A DNA stretch of 64,000 bases from Bdellovibrionia bacterium. Lineage in GTDB: Bacteria; Bdellovibrionota; Bdellovibrionia; Bdellovibrionales; JAGQZY01. The position numbers were made by a program, and so were the translations under genes. The stretch lies in assembly GCA_030424715.1 (NCBI GenBank), contig JAUHWH010000003.1, forward strand, positions 68,148-132,147. Reading direction: 5' to 3'. Below, piece by piece: positions 27,336 through 36,787 of the stretch; the first letter of the stretch is position 1, and every line of letters begins with the position of its first letter. Under the pieces are notes generated by a model. The model was not told the origin of the DNA and made no database searches. It saw nothing but the letters and a program-made list of their open reading frames with translations.

Positions 27336-30300
27336 TTAGAAGGTCTCGGTATTGACGAACAGATCTCCACCTACCAAAATAAATTCAAACATCAACATGT
27401 CACTGTTTGCGTTGTTGAAGGTTGTTCCGCTGGTTAATCCGCGCACGTTACCAGCAGAGATTGCACTGCCACCACCATCAGTGAAAGAAAAAGTACAGTT
27501 CCCAGCACCAGTCCCTTTTACGAATAACTGGTACCTTTGGCCTTCTTCAATGTGCTGAAGCGCGAAGTTTCCACAGTTTTGATCCGTGTATTGAATCGGG
27601 CCATTGTAGAAATCAAAAGCTGTCGTAACCTCAACATGAGGGAGAGGCGGTAGTACCTCAACGAGGTACTCCCAGTTGCCGGACCCACTCGAACGACAGA
27701 CCAATAGATCACCGATACTATCAAATTTGAGTTCGCGGTCCTGCGCCCCAGTGCAAGGAGTTCCCGCCGTAATACCACCACTTCCAAGAACAACAGAAGA
27801 CGCCGTCACTGGTCCTATAACACTCATTGGACCAACAAATTGAGAATTACCTTCCACGTGCAGCAGAGCACCTGGGGTTGTGGTCCCAATCCCAAGGTTA
27901 CCGTCGGGAGCTATAAGTAGTCTTGGTTGCGGGGAAGAACCAGAGAATGCTGTTGAAAATTCAATAGCGGTATTTTTATTGCTACTCCAGGAACCATCAG
28001 TGGCGAACATTCGGATGTGTGCGCCAGGCTCATAGAATGAGCCATTCCAACCTTCTCCTGACATTTCAAGAAGCTTGTCATTTCCTGCAGGAGTCGTGGT
28101 GCTAGTTCTTGCAAGAAAGCGTCCCGCTCCTGATCCTTGTCCCACAGCAGCGATCGTCGTGTTTGGCCCAATCACTCCGGGAGAGCGATGGACTTGAAAT
28201 GAAAATTCGGGATTCGAAGTACCTATCCCGATTTCGCCACTGTTTTTGATTCTCATACGCTCGATCGGCGAGGCACCTGTTTCAAAACGAATATCACCGC
28301 CTGTCGGAGTGTTTGTATCTGAATGAAGGATCACATCTTTTTCAGAACTTAGAGCCACATCGGTATCAACACTATTTGATGTAAAGCCATTGGCTTGCAC
28401 AGGGCCCGCGGCCGAAAGAATTCCGCTAACATGAGCGCCTCCGCTATCGATCATCATTTTTTCAGTGCCGGTGTTGTCTTTAAAGCTCAAGTTCGTGGCA
28501 CCGACAGCTAGCCTTTCTATGCCGTTTCGCTTAATTCTCACATCAAAAGCGTCCGTTGTCCCCATATCGACGATAGAACCCGTATTTCCACTCATAAGAA
28601 CACCATCCGTTGAGAGGTTGATCCAGGCAGTTCCATTACAATATTCTATGATTCCAGCATTGAACCTTATGGCTCCAGCTTTAGGAGAGCTACAACCGGC
28701 TCCGTCATTACCAACTTGAATATCACCATTGACGTGAAACCTTGAGGCCGGTGTTAACTGATTCACACCAACATTTCCAGTTGAATTAATCACTAGTCGT
28801 GAATTGGCGCCCGTCACAAAATCGAGCTGATCGGGCGCACCCTTATATATCCCGGTGTCTAGGTCACCAACAAAGGTAATACCCGGGCTTGCTGCGGATC
28901 CTCCGGTTGCTTTGAGGGCGGCAGTCATGGGGACGGAACCATCAGCCATAAAGTCACCGCCCGCAGCGGGAGTCATCCAACTCAGGACTCCTGATCCATT
29001 GGTTTGTAGCACTTGTCCTGCTGTTCCGTCGTCGTCGGGAAGGTCCCAAACGAAGGAGGCTCCGGCTGAGATATTAGCTGGCGCACGAAAGCCCACGTAG
29101 TGACTGTTGTCAGAGTCACTAAATCGTATTTCATTTTGGGCGTCGAGGTTCAAAGCACCGGTCATTGTGTCGCCCGCGTTGCTCATCTTCTCGCTGTCGA
29201 GCTCGACAATAGCCGCTTGAAGATTAGTGGCCGAAACATCTCCTGTGGCCGTCACAGGGATCATATTTTCATTAAAACTGGATTCAACCAAGGTAAGGTC
29301 TATATTTTTGTTTGCTGCATCGAGGGTCACAGTCAAAGCACCACTTGTTGAGTTTATATTTCGAAATTCAAGATCCGACGTGTTTTTAGCATCAAAAACA
29401 CCAATCCCTGCGTTGCCCACGTTGCTGGCTGTGTTGGTTTCACCACTACCGGCTGCGGTCGGGATAGGTACAGAGCCAGAACCATCCCAATACACAATTT
29501 GGTTCAGAGTTGAGTTGTACCAAGTGGCACCCGCATTTGCTGCGCTGAGCCCACTCGTCAGTGCCGTCTCCTCCGTTGAATTGTACTTTCCAAGAGTTAG
29601 GGCTTTTGTGGCACCCATTGTAATATGACCGGTCGCCAGGATATCTTGGCTCCCCATATTTAGTGCGCCACTCATCGTTCCGCCAGCAAGTGGTAATTTG
29701 GTGGAATCATTCACCGCGACAGCTTCCCATTCCTGAGAGGCTTGATTCCATGTTACGACAAAGTTGTCACCTGCGACGCCACTCACCGTGGACGTGTCGA
29801 TCGTAGATCCACCTAGTTTTGTATCAACGTAGTTCTTGTTAGCAGCATCGGTGGCAGCTGTTGGTGCGGCCACGTTTGTGATTTTGTTTGAGTTGACTGA
29901 GAAGTCCGATGCAGGAGTACCTGTCATATATTGCGTGCTGGTTCCGTCAAGGAGAGCCAAGAGCTCGGTGTGGTTGGCGCCATCAAAAATATTCTCTAGG
30001 TTGGCTTGATTTAGGACGTTGGTTCCGGTCATGTTCACCTGTAAAATATCAGCAGCACCCACGCCATTGAGTGAGCCGGCACTCATCGCATAAGCCGAAG
30101 CTCCGACTTCTATATCCTGCTGCAAAGTCTGAAAACCGTTGATGTTGTCGTTGTAACTGATACGAATTCTTCGAGAATCATTAGCACCCGGTGTGTAGTT
30201 CGGTCCGGCAGCACAGCTTGTGGGTGTGACAGTTCCGACACCATTGCTAAGAGCGGTAGAAAAGCTGGATGTGTCTTCGTAATTACCACCGCTGCGCGCG

Positions 30301-30551
30301 CCTTGACCGAGCTTCAAACTAAAGAAGCCCTTAGAGTTGCTCATGTTAACATCGTCAAAAGACTCTTTGTAGAGAAGACACTGTTCTGCACCAGGACTGT
30401 AGATTTCAATAACAAAGTCGACATCGGCCTCTTCAATGGGAACCAACCCTGTCGAGTCAGTAAGCTTGCCTTCGAGCACCATAAAGTCGGCGGCGAGCGA
30501 CGGAAAGCTTAAAAAGATAAGCGACAACAAAATGACTATATAATTTGTCAT
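27336..30551 (-). CDS. phage-tail-fibre-like secreted surface fibre / adhesin
   Basis: 1071 aa with a signal peptide. N-terminal LEGKLTD..G.P......F.IEIYS...LYKESF..V....GFFSLKLGQG module. ATDAANKNYVD, LPLAGGTMSGAL/DTMTGAL. Three G.(V/I/L)G(V/I)(N/G).(T/L).P....(H/Q)V repeats. AIRFNAGIIEYCNGTAW. Distinct Cys-containing C-terminal ~150 aa. Confidence 0.75.
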   Translation of the reverse strand: MTNYIVILLSLIFLSFPSLAADFMVLEGKLTDSTGLVPIEEADVDFVIEIYSPGAEQCLLYKESFDDVNMSNSKGFFSLKLGQGARSGGNYEDTSSFSTALSNGVGTVTPTSCAAGPNYTPGANDSRRIRISYNDNINGFQTLQQDIEVGASAYAMSAGSLNGVGAADILQVNMTGTNVLNQANLENIFDGANHTELLALLDGTSTQYMTGTPASDFSVNSNKITNVAAPTAATDAANKNYVDTKLGGSTIDTSTVSGVAGDNFVVTWNQASQEWEAVAVNDSTKLPLAGGTMSGALNMGSQDILATGHITMGATKALTLGKYNSTEETALTSGLSAANAGATWYNSTLNQIVYWDGSGSVPIPTAAGSGETNTASNVGNAGIGVFDAKNTSDLEFRNINSTSGALTVTLDAANKNIDLTLVESSFNENMIPVTATGDVSATNLQAAIVELDSEKMSNAGDTMTGALNLDAQNEIRFSDSDNSHYVGFRAPANISAGASFVWDLPDDDGTAGQVLQTNGSGVLSWMTPAAGGDFMADGSVPMTAALKATGGSAASPGITFVGDLDTGIYKGAPDQLDFVTGANSRLVINSTGNVGVNQLTPASRFHVNGDIQVGNDGAGCSSPKAGAIRFNAGIIEYCNGTAWINLSTDGVLMSGNTGSIVDMGTTDAFDVRIKRNGIERLAVGATNLSFKDNTGTEKMMIDSGGAHVSGILSAAGPVQANGFTSNSVDTDVALSSEKDVILHSDTNTPTGGDIRFETGASPIERMRIKNSGEIGIGTSNPEFSFQVHRSPGVIGPNTTIAAVGQGSGAGRFLARTSTTTPAGNDKLLEMSGEGWNGSFYEPGAHIRMFATDGSWSSNKNTAIEFSTAFSGSSPQPRLLIAPDGNLGIGTTTPGALLHVEGNSQFVGPMSVIGPVTASSVVLGSGGITAGTPCTGAQDRELKFDSIGDLLVCRSSGSGNWEYLVEVLPPLPHVEVTTAFDFYNGPIQYTDQNCGNFALQHIEEGQRYQLFVKGTGAGNCTFSFTDGGGSAISAGNVRGLTSGTTFNNANSDMLMFEFILVGGDLFVNTETF

Positions 30552-31258
30552 TGTTCTTCTCCTAAACGTACAGGTGTGAGTCTTCCTGAGAAATCAGTGG
30601 GACTCTTCATATTTAATTTTTGATCATAAATTCGAACACTCATTTTTGACCCTAATTCGGTCACACCGTGTGCTGAACCTTGCACCACGCGGGCTTGCTT
30701 GATTGATGCCACGTTGATGGGTGAGGGGTCTTGTTTGCAAGACTCTGGCAAACTAAAAAGGGTCGCCATAGAGTTGCTGGTCGAAGGGTATTCAATCACC
30801 GCATTGACGGTCACCACCGGCTGATTAAAATCAATACCTGTGGTGCGAGAAATGCGGTAGACACGGTTCGAGCCGTAGACCTCTCCAAGTCCATTTGAGG
30901 AATCAAAAGCGTTACAGCCCTGATCACTAATGACGTAGAAAATTTCAATGGTGCGGTTTTTACCAAAAGGGGCTTCCATCTCAACGGCTTGACCCAGCGG
31001 AGACAGTCCGGCCACGATTCCATAAGCCTGGTCACAACTGCCGGGACTGGCGGTTGGAATATCACCAGCACTGATGCTGACAGCAAAACAAGCGGTCCCT
31101 GAAAACGCCCCCACCTTTTGGGCGGCTTGTGCCGCGAGACTGGCCGGGAGTGTGAAAGACAGAGAGGCGTTGCCTTGTTGCTGCGGCGCTTTTTCGCTAC
31201 AACCAGACAGCCATAAAAGACCCAGTAAAATACAGAAAACGGACTTCAAATGATTCAT
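30548..31258 (-). CDS. lipoprotein translationally coupled to the fibre gene
   Basis: Lipobox LWLSGC. Its TGA overlaps the fibre ATG (ATGA at 30548-30551), with GGAG 7 nt upstream of the fibre start. ATG at 31258 (the ORF track starts at TTG 31261). Confidence 0.65.
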   Translation of the reverse strand: MNHLKSVFCILLGLLWLSGCSEKAPQQQGNASLSFTLPASLAAQAAQKVGAFSGTACFAVSISAGDIPTASPGSCDQAYGIVAGLSPLGQAVEMEAPFGKNRTIEIFYVISDQGCNAFDSSNGLGEVYGSNRVYRISRTTGIDFNQPVVTVNAVIEYPSTSNSMATLFSLPESCKQDPSPINVASIKQARVVQGSAHGVTELGSKMSVRIYDQKLNMKSPTDFSGRLTPVRLGEEQ

Positions 31259-31380
31259 CAAGAACCTATCGGAAGGTACTGAAATTATTAAACCTTGATT
31301 CTCATATTGAGGCGATCTTTTTAGAAAAATTCTGAACTTTGTACGGAAATTTCAGACGATCTTAAAAACGAACGTGCGGG

Positions 31381-31407
31381 AAAAAAAGCCCAACAGAAGA
31401 GTTGAGC
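31381..31407 (-). terminator. rho-independent terminator after the 141-aa secreted-protein gene
   Basis: On the minus strand, GCUCAAC-UCUUCU-GUUGGGC (7-bp stem with one G-U pair) followed by U7. Confidence 0.6.
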
Positions 31408-31417
31408 CAGAATGAGA

Positions 31418-31843
31418 CTACTTACAGTCTTTCCAAATCTCCTCGCCAGACGGGGAGAATATTTGAACTTGAATTTTATCGTCTTGTTGCCGCAAAGAGG
31501 TTTCCTCGCCAAAAGAGACTTCTTCACAAAGGGGCTTTACGCCTTCGGTTTCAGGAGAAAAAATTCGAAACATCACGGTTTTGGCACCATGGGCCCAGCC
31601 GGTGATAAAGTATTCCTGTTTGTTGATAAGAGCTCGCTCTTTCAGTACCAAACCGAAGGGCATCTCCTCGGGCTTATAGGTTGAGACGGCAGAGCCTTTG
31701 CGAAATTCGATAACGGAGCGCATGACTTCTGTGTCGGCCTTCTTTTCGTAGCGATCGGTGAGTTGCCATGAGGCCGGCGTGCGTTTCGCAGCACTCGGCA
31801 GAGCTAAAAGTAGTAAAGAAATACAGATCATTAAGGTCTTCAT
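31418..31843 (-). CDS. small secreted hypothetical protein
   Basis: Start set at MKTLMICISLLLLALPSAA, with GGAGG 9 nt upstream and one nt after the upstream gene's stop. Confidence 0.55.
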   Translation of the reverse strand: MKTLMICISLLLLALPSAAKRTPASWQLTDRYEKKADTEVMRSVIEFRKGSAVSTYKPEEMPFGLVLKERALINKQEYFITGWAHGAKTVMFRIFSPETEGVKPLCEEVSFGEETSLRQQDDKIQVQIFSPSGEEIWKDCK

Positions 31844-31844
31844 A

Positions 31845-32840
31845 CTAACATCCTCCAAGGGCACGGTCTAAGCAACGGACTGAAACGCCACTTGATTTTA
31901 AACAATTGGTACAAGAAGTCACTTTATCAGCGTAGTTTTTTTGGCAGGATTTTTTAGGGTGACCATAATAAGCCTGTAAAACGCTGTGGTCGGAGCGAAA
32001 GCCTCCGTCCCGTCGTTTTTGCTCGAGAATAGCCATACCAAACTCCATTTGTGCGATCATGTTGCCCGCCATCTGGTTGTAAAAGGTGGTGCCATCTGTG
32101 ATACCCTCGAATCCTGGGACTTTCGAGCGGAACCATCGACCTCGAGCGAAGGTGTCACGAGCTGTGGTTTTAGTAACCTGGGAGACTCCGGCCGCGGTTG
32201 AGGATTTCACTGATGTGATTCTTTGCACCTGGAAGATCTTTCGTCCGCCGAGATTGAGAAGTGACTCGCGGTAAGCCTTGCAGGTGAGTAGCTCCGGTGA
32301 GAAACGCAAGCCGTGCAAACCGGCTAGAGTTTTGTATTTGCCCATCAAGTATTGCGCCTGTTGCACGGTAGACATCGCCAGCCAACTGGTGTTGGTGTAT
32401 CCCACTGAGGTCGAGCGACTGCGAGAGAACTTTGCTTGCCGCGGAGGAAAGTCATTGTTTAATCCACTAGACCCCCGCTGAACGTTGCGTGTCACCGTTG
32501 CTGTCGAACTCTTGCCCCCTGTGGTTTCGCTTACTGCTTGGGTCTCGTTGAGTGTGGCGGGACGATCTCGGACGGGTGCTAATTTTCGATTCTCTGGACC
32601 TTTGTTGGTCATTATGGCGCCGACAAGGTGGCCACTGATAGTGCTGAACGAGCCACACTTACCAATAGGGTCACTACTATTGTTGCGGCAGTAGAGTTGC
32701 CCCTGGCCCTGCTCGGAGCAGATCAAGCCCTCGATGCGGCTATAGTCGGCAAACAGGCCTGGTTTACAATACCACTCCGTTTTAGCAAAAACATCGGGCG
32801 CGAAAGTCAGAAGAGTTGATAATAGAAGAATCATTTTCAT
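31845..32840 (-). CDS. secreted Cys-rich protein with a lytic-transglycosylase (SLT)-like core (tentative)
   Basis: Signal peptide. YRES....(22)...SSTAAGVSQVTKTT and QAYYG resemble the SLT E-S / GLMQ / AYNAG blocks. About 10 Cys residues. Confidence 0.5.
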   Translation of the reverse strand: MKMILLLSTLLTFAPDVFAKTEWYCKPGLFADYSRIEGLICSEQGQGQLYCRNNSSDPIGKCGSFSTISGHLVGAIMTNKGPENRKLAPVRDRPATLNETQAVSETTGGKSSTATVTRNVQRGSSGLNNDFPPRQAKFSRSRSTSVGYTNTSWLAMSTVQQAQYLMGKYKTLAGLHGLRFSPELLTCKAYRESLLNLGGRKIFQVQRITSVKSSTAAGVSQVTKTTARDTFARGRWFRSKVPGFEGITDGTTFYNQMAGNMIAQMEFGMAILEQKRRDGGFRSDHSVLQAYYGHPKKSCQKNYADKVTSCTNCLKSSGVSVRCLDRALGGC

Positions 32841-32922
32841 AAACTCATCCTACCGATTTATGGGTAGAAAAGCTTGGCGGGCCCTGCATTTGATAGGTTT
32901 TCTAGACCTATAGCAGAAGCGA

Positions 32923-33399
32923 TCAATTACGACTCAATAAAGACTGCGGTCCCAGAAGGTTGAGGGGGTTCACGGGTCGTAGATTGTGCCGAATTTCAAA
33001 GTGCAGATGCACCCCGGTCGCCCGCCCCGTGCGGCCCATATACCCAATGGTCTGTCCTTTAAAAACTCGTTGCCCCTCGCGCACGCGAAAGCCATTGAGA
33101 TGGGCATAGAAGCTCGCCCAACGGTCCCCTTGATGCTCAACGATAATGAGCTTGCCGTAACCGTTAAACTCTCTGCCCACATAGAGCACTCGACCAGATT
33201 CCGCAGCCAGTATGGGCGTGTTTTTGCGACCAGAAATATCAAGACCGTCATGTTTTTTGGAGCGAGTCTTAAACTTTTGAGTGATCCGTCCCTTTTGCAC
33301 AGGCCAGATAAATGCCGGTGCGCCACTGATAAAGCCACCGGAGCTGGCACAGGCAGAAAGCAGAAGACTCAAAAGAGCAGGGAGCAGTAAAGGTTTCAT
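32923..33399 (-). CDS. M23/LytM-family peptidoglycan metalloendopeptidase lipoprotein
   Basis: Lipobox LLLSAC. HDGLDISG, and GRTGRATGVHLHFEIR (HxH). Confidence 0.9.
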   Translation of the reverse strand: MKPLLLPALLSLLLSACASSGGFISGAPAFIWPVQKGRITQKFKTRSKKHDGLDISGRKNTPILAAESGRVLYVGREFNGYGKLIIVEHQGDRWASFYAHLNGFRVREGQRVFKGQTIGYMGRTGRATGVHLHFEIRHNLRPVNPLNLLGPQSLLSRN

Positions 33400-33531
33400 G
33401 ATTTATAGTTTATGAAATAAAAGGGAAAGACACGAGGCCAGAACGGTGGCTTCGGTCTTTCGTTGAGCTAATGGTCCGCTCTTTAGAGTGTCTACGAGTT
33501 TAATGCGGATGAGCTTTTGAGAGATTCCACT

Positions 33532-34764
33532 TCACTTATACAGCGGGAACTGCTGGCAGAGTTCTTTCACCTTCGAGCGTACACTCTCTAAAACACTGGT
33601 GTTTTCTGGGTCTCCTAAAACCTCATGAATCCACTGAGCCACCAACTTCATCTCACCCTCCTGCATTCCACGAGTGGTGAGAGCTGGCGAGCCAATGCGA
33701 ATACCGCTGGTCACGAAGGGGCTCTGGGTTTCATTAGGTACGGTGTTTTTATTGACCGTGATGGCCGCTTTATCTAATTGAGCTTCAGCTAACTTTCCGG
33801 TGATGTTTTTGCTGGTGAGATCCATCAAGACCAAGTGATTGTCTGTTCCTCCAGTGACAAGGTCGTAGCCGTAGGCCAAAAGGTTTTCTGCCAGGGCTTG
33901 AGCATTTTTAACCACCTGTTGCGAGTAAACCTTGAAGTCAGGCTTTAAGGCTTCGCCAAAAGCCACGGCTTTTCCAGCAATGGCGTGCTCGAGGGGCCCC
34001 CCTTGAATACCGGGGAAGATGCGAGAGTTGATTTTTTTCGCCCACTCCTCTTTGCAGAGGATCATGCCGCCTCGCGGACCACGGAGGGTTTTGTGAGTCG
34101 TGGTGGTCACAAAGTCGGCGTAGGGAACGGGGCTCGAGTGAACGCCGCCGGCCACAAGTCCAGCAAAGTGAGCCATGTCCACCAGGAGCTTTGCACCGAC
34201 GCTGTCGGCAATCTCTTTGTATTTTACGAAGTCAATTTCACGGGGATAGGCGCTGTAACCCGCGATGATCATCTTGGGTTTATTCTCTTTCGCTAGCTTG
34301 GCTAATTCGTCGTAATTGATTCGGTGGGTTTCTGGATCAATCCCGTAGGGGACAATGTTGTAAAGCAAACCGCTAAAGTTCACAGGCGAGCCGTGGGTGA
34401 GGTGTCCTCCGTTGGAGAGATCCATCCCCATCACAGTGTCGCCGGTTTGCAGAGCGGCCAGGTAGACTGCCATATTGGCTTGGCTCCCTGAGTGGGGCTG
34501 CACATTTGCATGATCGGCTCCAAAAAGTTGGAGGGCTCGATCAATGGCGAGTTGCTCGGTCTCATCGACGAACTCACAGCCGCCGTAATAACGTTTGCGC
34601 GGGTAGCCTTCAGCATACTTGTTGGTCATCACCGAACCCTGGGCCTCCATCACGGCTTTGGATGTGTAATTTTCAGAAGCGATCATCTCAAGGCCATATT
34701 CTTGGCGTTCGGTTTCTTTTTGGATGGATGAAAACACCTGAGGGTCTTGGGTTTCTAAAGACAT
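33532..34764 (-). CDS. glyA: serine hydroxymethyltransferase
   Basis: [20 protein letters not shown] (PLP Lys), GIQGGPLEH. Confidence 0.97.
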   Translation of the reverse strand: MSLETQDPQVFSSIQKETERQEYGLEMIASENYTSKAVMEAQGSVMTNKYAEGYPRKRYYGGCEFVDETEQLAIDRALQLFGADHANVQPHSGSQANMAVYLAALQTGDTVMGMDLSNGGHLTHGSPVNFSGLLYNIVPYGIDPETHRINYDELAKLAKENKPKMIIAGYSAYPREIDFVKYKEIADSVGAKLLVDMAHFAGLVAGGVHSSPVPYADFVTTTTHKTLRGPRGGMILCKEEWAKKINSRIFPGIQGGPLEHAIAGKAVAFGEALKPDFKVYSQQVVKNAQALAENLLAYGYDLVTGGTDNHLVLMDLTSKNITGKLAEAQLDKAAITVNKNTVPNETQSPFVTSGIRIGSPALTTRGMQEGEMKLVAQWIHEVLGDPENTSVLESVRSKVKELCQQFPLYK

Positions 34765-34786
34765 GACAACTCCTTAGCGAGAAAGA

Positions 34787-35236
34787 TTAACTGAAGAGGG
34801 GAGCTGATATCTTTTGCACTCGGTTTTGGTGCCGCCCCCCTTCGAATTCTGTTTTAAAAAAACGGGTAATGATCGGTAAAACCTGGGTTTCTTCTAAAAG
34901 TCGAGATCCTAGACAAAGCAGGTTGGCGTCGTTGTGTTGACGAGAGAGTTCCGCACTCTCCAGGTTCCAACACAAAGCCGCCCGGATGTGGGGGTATTTG
35001 TTGGCTCGCATGGCCATACCTTGGCCTGAACCGCAGATCAACAGACCTTGGGCCGCTGGCTCTTTTAAAAGCTTTTGGCAAACTCGGTCAGCGAAATCGG
35101 GATAATCAACGCGATCCGAGGTCTTGGGCCCCAAATCAATGACCTCAAAGCCGAGGTCTAGCAGAGGCTGAATGACAGATTCTTTTAGCGAGAACCCGGC
35201 ATGGTCGGAGGCAATATAAATAACTTTATTGGACAT
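34787..35236 (-). CDS. rpiB: ribose-5-phosphate isomerase B
   Basis: IYIASDHAGF, LICGSGQGMAMRANK, and a length of 149 aa. Confidence 0.93.
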   Translation of the reverse strand: MSNKVIYIASDHAGFSLKESVIQPLLDLGFEVIDLGPKTSDRVDYPDFADRVCQKLLKEPAAQGLLICGSGQGMAMRANKYPHIRAALCWNLESAELSRQHNDANLLCLGSRLLEETQVLPIITRFFKTEFEGGRHQNRVQKISAPLFS

Positions 35237-35411
35237 CGAAACCTCGCGGCCATGATAACGAAAAACAAGGGGAATTCATCAAAAAAAGAAAATTGAGCTC
35301 GGCATCATGAGTGCGTTCCATGGAGCGGGTGAAGATGTTTGTTTTCTGAACAAGTCTGAAATTATTTTCAAAGCTCTATCTTGTGCGTCGCCGCCTCACT
35401 ACAATACGAGA

Positions 35412-36692
35412 ATGCTGAGTTCACCTAGGGCCTTAGGTCTTTTTATTCAAGTCACCTTGATCCTTCTTGTGGGCACCGGCTTGCTTGATGTCAAGGCGGC
35501 GGAGGTCGGCATGGATCTCTATCCAAGGTACTACAGGCCCATGCACGTCAATGCACAGACAGCAAAAGACGCAGGGTTGTGTCGACAAGTCTTTGGTCCA
35601 CGCGGCACGCCTGTGTTTCATCAAACGGATAGCCCCTATCAGACCTACGACACCTTTGTGCTTTCGGCTCAAGGTCCCAAGGAGATGCTCTTTACCTGGC
35701 CGGTGCGTGAAGAACTCCAACAAATCTCGTCGAACTATTCTCAGGAACTGACTAAAAATATTAAAACTTTTTACGCCAACTGGGTGCGCTATTATGGCCG
35801 TGACCCCGCCAAGGTGGCTGAGCTTCAGCAACATGAGTTTGATCTCAATATTGAAAAGTCCACCTGGGCGATGATCATGGGTCGGGAAGAGGCTTTTGCC
35901 CTGATGCGCCTGACAGACCGCAGTCAACAGCGACTGCCTCTGGAGGTCCGTTATCCTCAGTGGAACATGGCCTCAACCCTTGAACTCAAGCCTGGCACTC
36001 CGGTGTACGAGATGAGTTTTCTCACTATTGATAAAGCTTTAGAGACAATCCCTAGTGTGAATTATCTGTTTGCTTCGGTGGCGGCTTTTTTGTCGACCAA
36101 GACGGGATCGGGTGTTTCAAAACCGCTGAGAACAGGTGAAGAAAGCTTAGAGCAGGTCTCCCGAGAGTTATTAGAGGCCAAGAGACTCAACCCAGACCAA
36201 GTTCCGCATTACCCACAACGCCAATGGGGACCGTCCCATGTCGAGCGATACCAACAGGGCAGTGCCAGTATAGAGAACACCTATTATCCTACGATTGAAG
36301 CCGCCCCACGCTGGTTTTATGTCGATAAAGCCGCCACCCTGCTAAAAGCCCAGGGGGATCAGGGCGTGATCGTCGCCAAGGCCATTCCTCGTTTGGCGGA
36401 TTGGTATATTGAGCAGTTTGGCTTTTCGCCGGTCTTGAACAAAGCGGGGCAGCCCTACCTTTTGCCAGATGGTTTGCGTTTGATAAAATTCGATGTGTCC
36501 TCGTTTATGAGCCGCTATCTTTTTGATGGCGTCATCCCCGAAAGTCATTTGCCAGCGTGGGGGCAAAGGGGATCGGACCTCAAACAGCAGATTAATGAAG
36601 AAATGAACGACACCATGAACTTCCCCAGCTACTACAGTAAAGAGTTGATCGAGTTTCTTTTAGGCGAGTCGGGGACTCCGAATTCTAATTAA
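35412..36692 (+). CDS. hypothetical exported or membrane-anchored protein
   Basis: Start chosen at MLSSPRALGLFIQVTLILLVGTGLL. The ORF is open from 35307 and no clear SD supports either start. No motif recognised. Confidence 0.5.
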   Translation: MLSSPRALGLFIQVTLILLVGTGLLDVKAAEVGMDLYPRYYRPMHVNAQTAKDAGLCRQVFGPRGTPVFHQTDSPYQTYDTFVLSAQGPKEMLFTWPVREELQQISSNYSQELTKNIKTFYANWVRYYGRDPAKVAELQQHEFDLNIEKSTWAMIMGREEAFALMRLTDRSQQRLPLEVRYPQWNMASTLELKPGTPVYEMSFLTIDKALETIPSVNYLFASVAAFLSTKTGSGVSKPLRTGEESLEQVSRELLEAKRLNPDQVPHYPQRQWGPSHVERYQQGSASIENTYYPTIEAAPRWFYVDKAATLLKAQGDQGVIVAKAIPRLADWYIEQFGFSPVLNKAGQPYLLPDGLRLIKFDVSSFMSRYLFDGVIPESHLPAWGQRGSDLKQQINEEMNDTMNFPSYYSKELIEFLLGESGTPNSN

Positions 36693-36787
36693 TATTTTGC
36701 ATCAGCAGGATCGCCTAAGTCTTTGACGATAGGGTTGTTTTTACAAAGTGTCTGGATATCTGCCAACGCTTGTCGTAGGTTCGGATT

